Notes: generated by a model from the letters alone, not told the origin. DNA of 20,000 bases from an uncultured virus (IMG/VR IMGVR_UViG_3300033520_000026) (IMGVR_UViG_3300033520_000026:113114-133113), one strand, 5' to 3'. Positions 7,954-15,700 are shown, counted from the first letter of the stretch. Numbers and translations: made by a program.

Positions 7954-8487
7954 ATGAAAACTCAAGGAAACGAACGCATGACGCGGACCTATAACGTGGT
8001 CGGCGCACAGGAGCAACCAATGACAGACATTAGTCGGCCCTATGGCCCGGTTGTCGATCAACAAGACAGCCCAATGGTGGAGGTGACCTATGCAGCGGGG
8101 CGCACGGTATCGCTGGGCAACTATGAATTTGTGCGCATCCAGATCGGTGCGCGGGTGCGGATTGCGGACCTTGGCAAGGTTGACGAGGCTTTCATTGGCG
8201 TGCAGCAGTTCGTGGATGCCGTGATTAACAGAGAGGAATCGTTGGTTCGCAAGCAGCCGGTGTCATCGGATCCGTTGCCTACATTAGATGGCGTGCGACG
8301 TGAGATCTGGGTGGAGTACGGCATGACCTTGAACGCAAAGGTGAAGTTCGAGAGTTTCAAGGTTGATCTTGGTTTATCGCGTCCGTTGGGCGATTCAGAG
8401 GACGCTGATGCCGCTATGGTGGCGTTGGAGTCGTACTTGTCTCAGAGGATCGACACTGAGCGGGGTCGCATACGGGGAGAGGCATGA
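7954..8487 (+). CDS. Hypothetical protein made of two tandem ~58-aa repeats
   Basis: EVTYAAGRTVSLGNYEFVRIQIG... aligns with EIWVEYGMTLNAKVKFESFKVDLG.... ATG 7954 follows GGAGG; ATGA-coupled to recA. Confidence 0.7.
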   Translation: MKTQGNERMTRTYNVVGAQEQPMTDISRPYGPVVDQQDSPMVEVTYAAGRTVSLGNYEFVRIQIGARVRIADLGKVDEAFIGVQQFVDAVINREESLVRKQPVSSDPLPTLDGVRREIWVEYGMTLNAKVKFESFKVDLGLSRPLGDSEDADAAMVALESYLSQRIDTERGRIRGEA

Positions 8488-9731
8488 TAGGAATCAGAGC
8501 ACGCAATCTCGCCAATCTACGAAACAAGGTCAACACGAAGTACGGCGACCGGACGATTGACATGGCGAGTCGTTTGCAGCCGTTGAATTGTCCGCGTGTG
8601 ACGACGGGAAGCTTGAGCTTCGACTATGTGCTCGGTGGGGGTATCCCGGTGGGCCATGTTTTGATCTATCACGGCGGAGAGAGCAGCGGGAAGACCACCC
8701 ATGCAGTGCGCTCTGCCGGGAGTTTTCAGAGGGTGTGCGCCAACTGCTATCGGCGTGTGATGGGTGGCTTGGAGTTGGAGGAAGTGGTGGACAAGGAGAC
8801 GGGCGAGGTCGATCTGTCCCAAATAGGATACTGCGATTGCGTGAATGCGGGTCTGTTCGTGCCTGTGCAATTGCAGAAGGAGACAGACCAAGAGTTCAAG
8901 GCGCGGTTGAAGCGCTATGCGGTGAACTCTTACGAGGAGCCGCGAGTTGCCTATATAGACGTGGAGGGTACGTTTGACAACTCATGGGCGATAAAGTCGG
9001 GCTGCAATCCAGACTTGCTTTTGCTGGCGCGTCCACAGACGGCGGAGGAAGGCATCGACCTGCACGACGAGATCGTGCGCACGGGAGCGGTGGATTTCAT
9101 CGTGCTGGACAGCATTGCGGCCATGACTCCGAGCGAAGAGATCACGGCAAGTGCCTCGGATTGGCAACAGGGTCTCGCGGCGAGGCTCATCAACAAGTTT
9201 GCGCGTAAGACTAACTCGTCGAGGAACGCGGTGCGGTCTGATTTTAATAGGAAGATTACCGAGATCTGGATCAACCAGGAACGAGATAAAATTGGAGTAA
9301 CTTGGGGTGATCCGACCGTTTTGCCTTGTGGCAAGGGCCAGAAATTTGCGGCGTCGGTCATCGTGAAGATGTGGGCGAGCAAGTGGGAGAAGGACACGAT
9401 AGACGAAGAACTCAAGAAGGAGTGGCATATGGAGATCGGGTCCGAGGTCCACATGAATTACAAGGTCGTGAAGAACAAGACGGGGCCGGCCATGGGGCAG
9501 GGTGGTTTTCGCATGGGGGTGTTTGGGGACGAGGCGGCACAGGTTTTGGATATTGATTACATGTTGGCGCAGGCGGAGAAGTTCGGCCTGTTCAAGAAAG
9601 AGGGCAAGGAGTGGCAGCTCGGAGACGAATCGTACAGGACGAAAACAGAGTTGATAGCGCGGATGTCGGAGCCAGCGGTACGGGACACCTTGAGGGCGAT
9701 CCTTGTGAAGAGGATGATTGCGAGGGTGTAG
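8484..9731 (+). CDS. recA: RecA/UvsX-family recombinase with a ~67-aa Cys-containing insertion
   Basis: TGSLSFDYVLGGGIP, Walker A GGESSGKTT, AYIDVE, Walker B IVLDSIAAM, ARL, INQER, G.GQKFAAS, VVKNKT. Confidence 0.93.
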   Translation: MIGIRARNLANLRNKVNTKYGDRTIDMASRLQPLNCPRVTTGSLSFDYVLGGGIPVGHVLIYHGGESSGKTTHAVRSAGSFQRVCANCYRRVMGGLELEEVVDKETGEVDLSQIGYCDCVNAGLFVPVQLQKETDQEFKARLKRYAVNSYEEPRVAYIDVEGTFDNSWAIKSGCNPDLLLLARPQTAEEGIDLHDEIVRTGAVDFIVLDSIAAMTPSEEITASASDWQQGLAARLINKFARKTNSSRNAVRSDFNRKITEIWINQERDKIGVTWGDPTVLPCGKGQKFAASVIVKMWASKWEKDTIDEELKKEWHMEIGSEVHMNYKVVKNKTGPAMGQGGFRMGVFGDEAAQVLDIDYMLAQAEKFGLFKKEGKEWQLGDESYRTKTELIARMSEPAVRDTLRAILVKRMIARV

Positions 9732-9747
9732 GCGAACCTGGGTTCGT
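9732..9747. promoter_or_regulatory. Palindromic operator copy 3 (inverted orientation)
   Basis: CGAACCTGGGTTCG (9733-9746) is the reverse complement of the other copies. It starts 1 nt after the recA stop. Confidence 0.85.
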
Positions 9748-9781
9748 GTCTGGGCATAGTCCGTTCGTGACGAATTGCCAA

Positions 9782-10042
9782 ATGTCCGAGTTTGGAATTC
9801 TCGCGCTGCATCATGAGCACATCAAGATGCTTTCTGTGTTGCCTCGGGTGCCTAGAAATGCCGAGGGTGAATTCGATACTTGGGCATGGTCTCGCATGGT
9901 GGATTTGCCACAGCGGAGAGTTCGGGAACTATCGCGTGGGTTGATGGACATGGGGGCGATCCTGCTCGATGGGACGATGCCGTCGATTGTTTTTGAATAT
10001 CTGTCAAAATTGGCAAAGGACTGTGTGATCAAGGGGAAGTAG
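9782..10042 (+). CDS. Hypothetical protein (possible wHTH)
   Basis: 3' part of ORF 9611-10042; the start is uncertain. WAWSRMVDLPQRRVRELSRGLMDMGAI has HTH-like periodicity. Confidence 0.5.
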   Translation: MSEFGILALHHEHIKMLSVLPRVPRNAEGEFDTWAWSRMVDLPQRRVRELSRGLMDMGAILLDGTMPSIVFEYLSKLAKDCVIKGK

Positions 10043-10051
10043 GTGTTGTTG

Positions 10052-10408
10052 ATGGCGCGGATTCGACCACGGGTCTTTGAGCAGGGCGGGCGCACGCCAA
10101 CCGAGCAGGAGGAGCGGGTGGCGCGAGTGGTTCGTGGGCATCGGCAGCGGGGCAGCGGCGCGTCGATGTATGCCAAAGGGGACGTTTCCTCAGACCATTT
10201 TTTGATCGAGTGCAAGCGCACTGAGCATGCCAGTCTGAGCCTGAAGAAGTCGTGGTTAGACAAGATCTCGCGTGAGGCAGCGGCGGCGAGCAAAGAGCCA
10301 GCGCTGGCCATCGAGATTGCAGGCGGTCCCGATGACGCGCATGGTGAACGCGAGTGGATCATGATCCCCTTGCGATGCTGGAAGAAGTTGGTTGGAATTA
10401 CGGAATGA
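10052..10408 (+). CDS. Holliday-junction resolvase-like PD-(D/E)XK nuclease
   Basis: QEERVA...GSGA...KGDV...FLIECK.T...SLSLKKSWLDKI..EA, the pattern of phage Hjc-like resolvases. Confidence 0.8.
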   Translation: MARIRPRVFEQGGRTPTEQEERVARVVRGHRQRGSGASMYAKGDVSSDHFLIECKRTEHASLSLKKSWLDKISREAAAASKEPALAIEIAGGPDDAHGEREWIMIPLRCWKKLVGITE

Positions 10409-10674
10409 AGTTCAAGACGCCACAGGCTCAGGACGCGTATGCTGAGGTTCTTCGTGAGCTTGGCCAGGTCATAACCGAGGTGCAGTCGCAGTCCAAGGTT
10501 CAGGAGGCGCGGGTGTCCATGGCCGATGCGCCTGCTATTGCGTTGAGCACGGCGTACAAGGTTGGCGAGATGCGCATGAAGGGTCTTGAAATGGCCTTGC
10601 GTGTCGGGACGGAGATCGACATCCAATGGGGGTGCCTCATGGCGCGTTTGACCATGGAGGCGCAGGATGGCTGA
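10405..10674 (+). CDS. Hypothetical protein
   Basis: ATGA-coupled to the resolvase gene; 89 aa. Confidence 0.6.
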   Translation: MKFKTPQAQDAYAEVLRELGQVITEVQSQSKVQEARVSMADAPAIALSTAYKVGEMRMKGLEMALRVGTEIDIQWGCLMARLTMEAQDG

Positions 10675-10948
10675 ATGGATACTCGTATCTATGTATATGA
10701 TATTGCTTGCGGTATGTTTGATGTTGGTCATTATCTTGCCGCTGCTTCGGATGTTCAACGGGCGCGTGGCTAGATGGTGCTGTCGAGAGTTGGCGTGGCA
10801 CGATGGGTCGCGGTCTATTTTGGAATTCGACGGGGTCAACGTCCATGCGGAGTGTCGGTTTTGCGGGCGACCTGTGATGATAGACAGCCAAGGAAATTGG
10901 TTTGTGGTAGATGTTGTTTCGGGCGTGGATGAACAAAGTAATTGTTGA
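10667..10948 (+). CDS. Small membrane-anchored protein with Cys/His motif
   Basis: N-terminal hydrophobic helix (WILVSMYMILLAVCLMLVIILPLL), then CC...WH...CRFC. Confidence 0.65.
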   Translation: MAEWILVSMYMILLAVCLMLVIILPLLRMFNGRVARWCCRELAWHDGSRSILEFDGVNVHAECRFCGRPVMIDSQGNWFVVDVVSGVDEQSNC

Positions 10949-11008
10949 CAAACTCGCAGTAGGCCGTTAAAAATAGGGTTGATGCCTGGCGCGATGCCAG
11001 GGAAGGAG
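10945..11008 (+). promoter_or_regulatory. Promoter plus 5'-leader hairpin and SD (class B, copy c)
   Basis: TTGACA (10945-10950), 17-bp spacer, TAAAAA (10968-10973). Hairpin CCTGGCG-CGA-TGCCAGG at 10985-11001, then AAGGAG at 11003-11008. Confidence 0.7.
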
Positions 11009-11015
11009 TTGCAGC

Positions 11016-11666
11016 ATGTTTCTACCGTGTACGATTCCAGATGGTCAGTCGGGCGCGTGGCGCGTCGAGCGTTGCGTCGTGAGTGAGTGCGAAGCTCGGA
11101 TCGAGAACATGCGGAGTGCGTTCTCAAGAGTGCGGCAGCTTCCGGTGAATCCGGGCACGTATGTCCGGCTGGTCGGGCCGGGCGGGATCTGGATGAGCGA
11201 TACGCAGAGCGAGGTTGGGGATCACTTCGCGCCGATCAGGCGGGCTGGGGTGGTCGGCGGGCATTGCCTTGTGACGGGTCTCGGGCTTGGCCTGGTCACG
11301 GAGGCGCTGTTGGCGATCCAATCCGTGACGCGGGTGACGGTAATCGAGCTGGAGCCGGACGTGATCGCGCTTATTGGTCCGACGTTGCGGGAGCGCTGGG
11401 GAGACCGGCTGGAGATCGTGCAGGCGGACGCTCTGACGTGGCGACCTCCACGGGGGGTACGCTACAGCGTCGTCTGGCACGACATCTGGCTGTACATCTG
11501 CGCGGACAACCAGGCGAGCATGACGACGTTGAAGAGGAGGTACGCTTTTCGGGCGGACTGGCAGCGGTGTTGGCGGGAGGAGTCTGTACGGAAGGTGAAT
11601 CGGGAGGATCGGAAGGCAGCGCGGCAGATGGCGTTTTGGAAGCGTGTGCGCCAAGCGAACGGATGA
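11016..11666 (+). CDS. Class I SAM-dependent transferase, spermidine-synthase-like
   Basis: WMSDT..E, motif I LVTGLGLG, VTVIELEPDVI, IVQADA, VVWHDIW. Confidence 0.8.
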   Translation: MFLPCTIPDGQSGAWRVERCVVSECEARIENMRSAFSRVRQLPVNPGTYVRLVGPGGIWMSDTQSEVGDHFAPIRRAGVVGGHCLVTGLGLGLVTEALLAIQSVTRVTVIELEPDVIALIGPTLRERWGDRLEIVQADALTWRPPRGVRYSVVWHDIWLYICADNQASMTTLKRRYAFRADWQRCWREESVRKVNREDRKAARQMAFWKRVRQANG

Positions 11667-11675
11667 GGAGGCAGC

Positions 11676-11996
11676 ATGGCACGCGGTAAGCGACAGGGGC
11701 CGCCACAGGAGCCGAAGCGTCTGGTGTTAGAGACCTTCCGGCAGCCCGGCCACTTCCTGTTGCGCGGGTTGGAGCAGGAAGCCTATGACGTGTTCAATCG
11801 TGAGGTCCATGTTCGGCGCTGGCGCATCACGGTGGAGACGATTGAAGAGACGGACGACGTGATCTATGCGCGTCTGTTGGACCTGTGGGAGCGGTCGGCC
11901 AACATGCACGACTGGGAGCCGCTCCAGGCGGCAGCGAGGGCGCTGGGCCGGGAGTTGCCGCATGAGCGGATGGGCAAGCGCCGGGGCGAGAAATAG
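11676..11996 (+). CDS. Hypothetical protein
   Basis: SD GAGGAGG; 106 aa. Confidence 0.7.
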   Translation: MARGKRQGPPQEPKRLVLETFRQPGHFLLRGLEQEAYDVFNREVHVRRWRITVETIEETDDVIYARLLDLWERSANMHDWEPLQAAARALGRELPHERMGKRRGEK

Positions 11997-12005
11997 GAGG
12001 CAAGC

Positions 12006-12509
12006 ATGGACTTTCCGATAGAGTTTACGAGCGATCATGAGGCGGCGGAGGCGCGGCATGGGGCGGTGAAGAAACAGTGCCTGGATCGGATCGATCCTGG
12101 CAATACAAGTCGGTGGGGCCATCGGGACGATAGTGATGAGGAAGTCGCGCGGGTCTTGGCCACGATAGCGTGGGAGAGCGGATGGGACGAGGCGGTGTTG
12201 GCGAGTCAACGTGCCCAGGTGGAGAGCATCGGACAACTGATCGCGCAGCGGGACGTGGAGCACGAGGCGGCGCGTGCATGGTGTGAGAGATACGAGAGGC
12301 AGTTGTGGCAGACGCAGGACTTAGACCAGAGGTGGCAGGCAAAATTGCGGGATGCGCAGGACGCGCTCGTGAAGATGAAGGCGGAGCGGAACGAGGCGCG
12401 GGCGGATGCTGTTCAGTGTGCGATGGCCTACCGCGACAAGTTGCCCATTGGGGGGATCTTGAAGCGGATCGACGCCTATGTGCGCGTCATGTCCACGGAT
12501 AAGGGGTAA
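12006..12509 (+). CDS. Hypothetical coiled-coil protein
   Basis: SD AGGAGG; heptad-like C-terminal half. Confidence 0.7.
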   Translation: MDFPIEFTSDHEAAEARHGAVKKQCLDRIDPGNTSRWGHRDDSDEEVARVLATIAWESGWDEAVLASQRAQVESIGQLIAQRDVEHEAARAWCERYERQLWQTQDLDQRWQAKLRDAQDALVKMKAERNEARADAVQCAMAYRDKLPIGGILKRIDAYVRVMSTDKG

Positions 12510-12512
12510 ACG

Positions 12513-12848
12513 ATGGGAATATCTCCAATGAGTTTGCATGCAGGAATCGACTGTACGGATGTCGCGTTTCCTAATCCTGACCCAAGGAAATTTGTAATCG
12601 CGGATCATGAAGAGATCGGGAAATTCCTTATCCTGTTCGTTCAATATCCTGATTGCACGAACTTCGAGGGATACAAGGTTCTTGTTTATTCTGGCGTAAC
12701 TTATGACGAGATTAAAAGCAGAAGAGTCCTAGATCCTCATTTCACGGACAGTCAATCCGTTCCATCTCCAGTCGCCAGATTTACGCCAACCGAGGCTGGA
12801 CTGGAGATGGCCAGAACATTTTGCAAGTGCATGGAGGAACGGGAATGA
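12513..12848 (+). CDS. Hypothetical phage protein
   Basis: PNPDP..F...YPDCTNFEG.KVLVY...LDPHF...SPVARF.PT. More AT-rich than its flanks. Confidence 0.7.
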   Translation: MGISPMSLHAGIDCTDVAFPNPDPRKFVIADHEEIGKFLILFVQYPDCTNFEGYKVLVYSGVTYDEIKSRRVLDPHFTDSQSVPSPVARFTPTEAGLEMARTFCKCMEERE

Positions 12849-13117
12849 AGGGGCGCTGGTACGGTTTGCGGGGCGACCGGCCCGCGCACTGGCACGAGTA
12901 CGTGGATCGCCCGGACGGCACTGGGTTCTGGGCGGCGCTGAGTCGGTGCGGCATGCAGAAGGTGGTTCCGTCCGTGCTGGCGGACATCGACGCCTGGCAT
13001 GGGCGATACCCGGACGCGCCGGAGATGGACGGGCGGTGGCGGTGTCGCCCCTGCGAGCGGAACCGGGCGCTGGACGTGGCCCGGCGGCGGGCGCAGGAGG
13101 ACGGCGCGGGCATCTGA
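12845..13117 (+). CDS. Hypothetical protein (H/C-containing)
   Basis: ATGA-coupled with upstream GGAGG. Contains H...RCG...CRPC. Confidence 0.6.
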   Translation: MKGRWYGLRGDRPAHWHEYVDRPDGTGFWAALSRCGMQKVVPSVLADIDAWHGRYPDAPEMDGRWRCRPCERNRALDVARRRAQEDGAGI

Positions 13118-13127
13118 GGAGGCGAGC

Positions 13128-13451
13128 ATGGTGACGCGAGAGGAACTGGGCAAGGTGTTGCACGCGGCGTTGCTGAGTGATTGTGATAGCAATGCCACGT
13201 CGTTGGCGTGGGATCTCATCAGTTTGTGGGAGATGCACTACGCCTGGCAGGCGTACTTGGATTTGGCCTGTGAGGAGCTGTCGAAGCGTCCCGTGTATGA
13301 ACCCGTGGAGAACGCACTACGGCGGGCCTCGGGGCGTATGGGGTCCGTCACTGGCGTGTGTCCGGTACGCTTGCGGATCATTAGGTTGACCCTGGAGCTG
13401 TTCAGCGGGGTGGACTGGCAGCGGTTTGCCTCGTGTTTGGAGGAGTCCTGA
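13128..13451 (+). CDS. Hypothetical protein
   Basis: ATG 13128 follows GAGGAGG. Confidence 0.65.
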   Translation: MVTREELGKVLHAALLSDCDSNATSLAWDLISLWEMHYAWQAYLDLACEELSKRPVYEPVENALRRASGRMGSVTGVCPVRLRIIRLTLELFSGVDWQRFASCLEES

Positions 13452-13546
13452 TGGGGGCCACGCCCATGAGTGACAAACAGGATCGTCCCGCGTGTCCGCT
13501 GTGCGGCAGTCCCTATTGGAATCGTCCGAGAAAGGGTCCGAAGTGA
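13451..13546 (+). CDS. 31-aa CxxC micro-protein MGATPMSDKQDRPACPLCGSPYWNRPRKGPK (not in the ORF track)
   Basis: The ATG overlaps the upstream stop (TGATG) after GGAGGAG, and its TGA overlaps the tnpB GTG (GTGA). Alternative start at 13466. Confidence 0.55.
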   Translation: MGATPMSDKQDRPACPLCGSPYWNRPRKGPK

Positions 13547-14759
13547 AGTCCTACCGCACCGAGTTAGACCCCAACAATGCGCAGCGCACGGCGTTTATGC
13601 GTCATGCCGGTGCGGCGCGGTGGGCGTTCAACTGGGGCTTGCGGCGCAAGATTGAGGTTTATGAACAGACGGGCAAGAGTCCCTCGGCCATCGATCTACA
13701 CCGCGAGTTAAACGTCTTGAAAAAGACGGACGTGCCGTGGATGTACGAGGTTAGCAAGTGCGCGCCACAAGAGGCCCTACGGAATCTCGACAAGGCGTTT
13801 GAGGGGTTCTTCCGGCGGTGCAAAGCGGGGGCGGCCAAGAAGGGATATCCGCGCTTCAAGAGCCGTAAGCGGGGCATCGGCACATTCACGTTGACCGGGG
13901 CAATCAAGGCTACCGATCATACGATCCAACTCCCGCGCATCGGCATAGTACGCCTCAAAGAGCATGGGTACTTTCCGACGGGCACGCCAATCGTGGCTGC
14001 CGTGGTCTCCGAACGGGCTGGCCGATGGTTTGCGACGATCTGCACGATGGCGGTGCCCCAGCGCCTGCTTGGCACCGAGGTGTTTGGGGTCGATGTGGGC
14101 ATTAAGGCGATGGCAGTGCTGAGCGATGGGACCGCCTTTGAGAATCCCAAGGCGCTCAAGGTGGCAGAATCCCGCATCAAGCGGCTACAGCAGGCAGCGA
14201 GTCGCAAGCAGAAGGGCTCGATGAATCGGAAGAAAGCGATCCAGCGCTTAGCCAGGCAGCATTACCGGGTGGTTTGCGTGCGCAACGACGCGATTCACAA
14301 GTGTTCGAACGCGATAACCAAGCGGGCGCACACGGTGATCCTTGAATCGTTGAACGTCGCAGGTATGCTCAAAAACCACTGTCTAGCTAAGGCGATCTCC
14401 GATGCGGGCATGGCGGAGCTGCATCGGCAGATTACCTACAAGATGGCGTGGGCGGGTGGTACCGTGATCCAAGCGGATCGCTGGTACCCGAGCAGTAAGA
14501 CGTGCTCAGCGTGTGGGCTTGTAAAGGACGATCTGGCATTGGCGGATCGGACGTTTCGCTGTGAATGTGGGTTTGAGATTGATCGCGACCACAACGCCGC
14601 GATCAATCTAAGGAATCTCGCCGGGAGTTCCCCGGTGACAGCCTGTGGAGAGGACCGCGCTGGCGGGCGTTCAACGACGCTCGTGAAACGGACCTCGACG
14701 AAGCAGGAACCTAACACCGGACAGGGCATGTCCCTATTTGGGTTAGTTTAGGAGAACGG
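13456..14759 (+). mobile_element. Non-autonomous tnpB-only element (IS607/IS1341-like); boundaries inferred
   Basis: tnpB without tnpA. The 3' end reads TTAGTTTAGGAGAACGG. A TGGG at 13452-13455 precedes the inferred left end. GG occurs at both junctions, as expected for IS607. Confidence 0.5.
13543..14751 (+). CDS. tnpB: RNA-guided endonuclease TnpB (IS200/IS605/IS607 OrfB)
   Basis: N-terminal YRTELDPNN...HAGAARWAFNWGL; YPRFKS; RuvC-I GVDVG; RuvC-II ILESLNV; Zn finger SSKTCSAC..CEC; RuvC-III DRDHNAAINL. All three catalytic acids are present. Likely GTG start at 13543. Confidence 0.95.
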   Translation: MKSYRTELDPNNAQRTAFMRHAGAARWAFNWGLRRKIEVYEQTGKSPSAIDLHRELNVLKKTDVPWMYEVSKCAPQEALRNLDKAFEGFFRRCKAGAAKKGYPRFKSRKRGIGTFTLTGAIKATDHTIQLPRIGIVRLKEHGYFPTGTPIVAAVVSERAGRWFATICTMAVPQRLLGTEVFGVDVGIKAMAVLSDGTAFENPKALKVAESRIKRLQQAASRKQKGSMNRKKAIQRLARQHYRVVCVRNDAIHKCSNAITKRAHTVILESLNVAGMLKNHCLAKAISDAGMAELHRQITYKMAWAGGTVIQADRWYPSSKTCSACGLVKDDLALADRTFRCECGFEIDRDHNAAINLRNLAGSSPVTACGEDRAGGRSTTLVKRTSTKQEPNTGQGMSLFGLV

Positions 14760-14776
14760 GTGCGGCATGCCAGTGA
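14615..14776 (+). ncRNA. Predicted TnpB omegaRNA (reRNA) scaffold plus guide
   Basis: TnpB omegaRNAs overlap the tnpB 3' end. Hairpins seen: CCGGG/CCCGG (14621-14635), and AACCTAA/TTGGGTT (14708-14744) enclosing GGACA/TGTCC. The guide is predicted to start at 14760 (GTGCGGCATGCCAGTG). The 5' limit is approximate. Confidence 0.6.
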
Positions 14777-15135
14777 AACGACGAGCGGGTGAATCGGACG
14801 CGCTGTTTGGGGCGCGGTGCTACCGGGAGCAGTTGCGGCAAGAGATCAACATGCACACCGGGGCAGGGCGGTCCACGAATCCCGCGCCGCCGTGGTTGCG
14901 GCAGGGCCGGGCCAGCTACCTGTACGAGCGGGCCACGGGGCATGGGCCGCCTGCTGGGATGACGAACGAGGCCATCGTGGAGGCGCTCGTGCAGATGGCC
15001 TACCCAGTCGAGGAAAGGTTGGAGGCGAGCAAGTACGTGGGCCTCACTGAACGGATAGCGCGGGAGATCGATAAAGAGGTGATCGCCGAGATGATGGCGT
15101 GCGCGGAGGGAGGTGACGGTCATGGCGGTGAATGA
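14767..15135 (+). CDS. Hypothetical protein
   Basis: 122-aa ORF with a C-terminal LTERIAREIDKEVIAEM helix. Confidence 0.6.
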   Translation: MPVKRRAGESDALFGARCYREQLRQEINMHTGAGRSTNPAPPWLRQGRASYLYERATGHGPPAGMTNEAIVEALVQMAYPVEERLEASKYVGLTERIAREIDKEVIAEMMACAEGGDGHGGE

Positions 15136-15697
15136 GGTATGCGAGGACTGCGGCGCTTCGGCGGATGTGGTGACGTGCGAGGTCAGCGAGATGCAGGGCT
15201 CCTGGAGCGGCGAGACGTTCAAGGTACGTGTGCCGGGGCCGATGCGGGCGCTGTGTCTGGCCTGCGATGACCGTCGATGTGGGAAGAAAGATCGTCAATA
15301 TCAGGTGCGGAATACCATTCGGGAGGAACGCATGAACGAGTCGGATGTGAAATCGTGGGAAGCGGCGTATGACAATGTTGATGGGATCGTTCACTCGGTG
15401 AAGTGCATCGTGTGCGGCACTCTACACGACGCGAACGGCAAGACCTTTGCGCGGTTGTGGGGCGGTCTGTTGGAGGGGATCAGTGGAGGGTTGCTGGGCG
15501 GCATGACGGGGTCTACCTACTACTGCAAGCTGTGTTTCGTGAAGGCAGCGGCGAAGGCGCTTGATGTGGACTTCTATGTGAAGCGTGAGGGGTTCAGACG
15601 TGGCATCGATCCGGGGTCCACGCATGAGGAAGCGCCCACGGGCGAGCCGGGCGAGGATAGCTGGGAGACTCGGGCGTGTACGGAGATGGGCCGGTGA
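15113..15697 (+). CDS. Hypothetical protein with four CxxC motifs
   Basis: CEDC, CLAC, CIVC, CKLC. Has an internal strong SD plus ATG at 15332. Confidence 0.6.
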   Translation: MTVMAVNEVCEDCGASADVVTCEVSEMQGSWSGETFKVRVPGPMRALCLACDDRRCGKKDRQYQVRNTIREERMNESDVKSWEAAYDNVDGIVHSVKCIVCGTLHDANGKTFARLWGGLLEGISGGLLGGMTGSTYYCKLCFVKAAAKALDVDFYVKREGFRRGIDPGSTHEEAPTGEPGEDSWETRACTEMGR

Positions 15698-15700
15698 GGC

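Noticed and set aside
8733..8945. RecA insertion as an intein
   Set aside because: Too short, with no C-terminal His-Asn followed by Cys/Ser/Thr and no LAGLIDADG blocks.
9811..11127. 438-aa minus-strand ORF, and other long minus-strand ORFs such as 4616-5275 and 17630-18340
   Set aside because: Antisense shadows of well-supported, SD-led, coupled + strand genes in GC-rich DNA. No motifs.
11016..11666. DNA methyltransferase of a restriction-modification system
   Set aside because: Lacks DPPY/NPPY or PCQ motifs, and there is no cognate restriction gene nearby.
12945..12956. 12-nt match (GGTGCGGCATGC) to the TnpB right-end/guide junction, suggesting a self-target
   Set aside because: Only 11 nt of the predicted guide match, and the adjacent bases (GTCG) are not the inferred TGGG TAM. 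Chance is plausible in GC-rich DNA. Revisit if the measured TAM differs.
13543..14751. TnpB as a nuclease-dead TldR or as Cas12f
   Set aside because: The RuvC D, E and D residues are all present, and there is no CRISPR array in the window.
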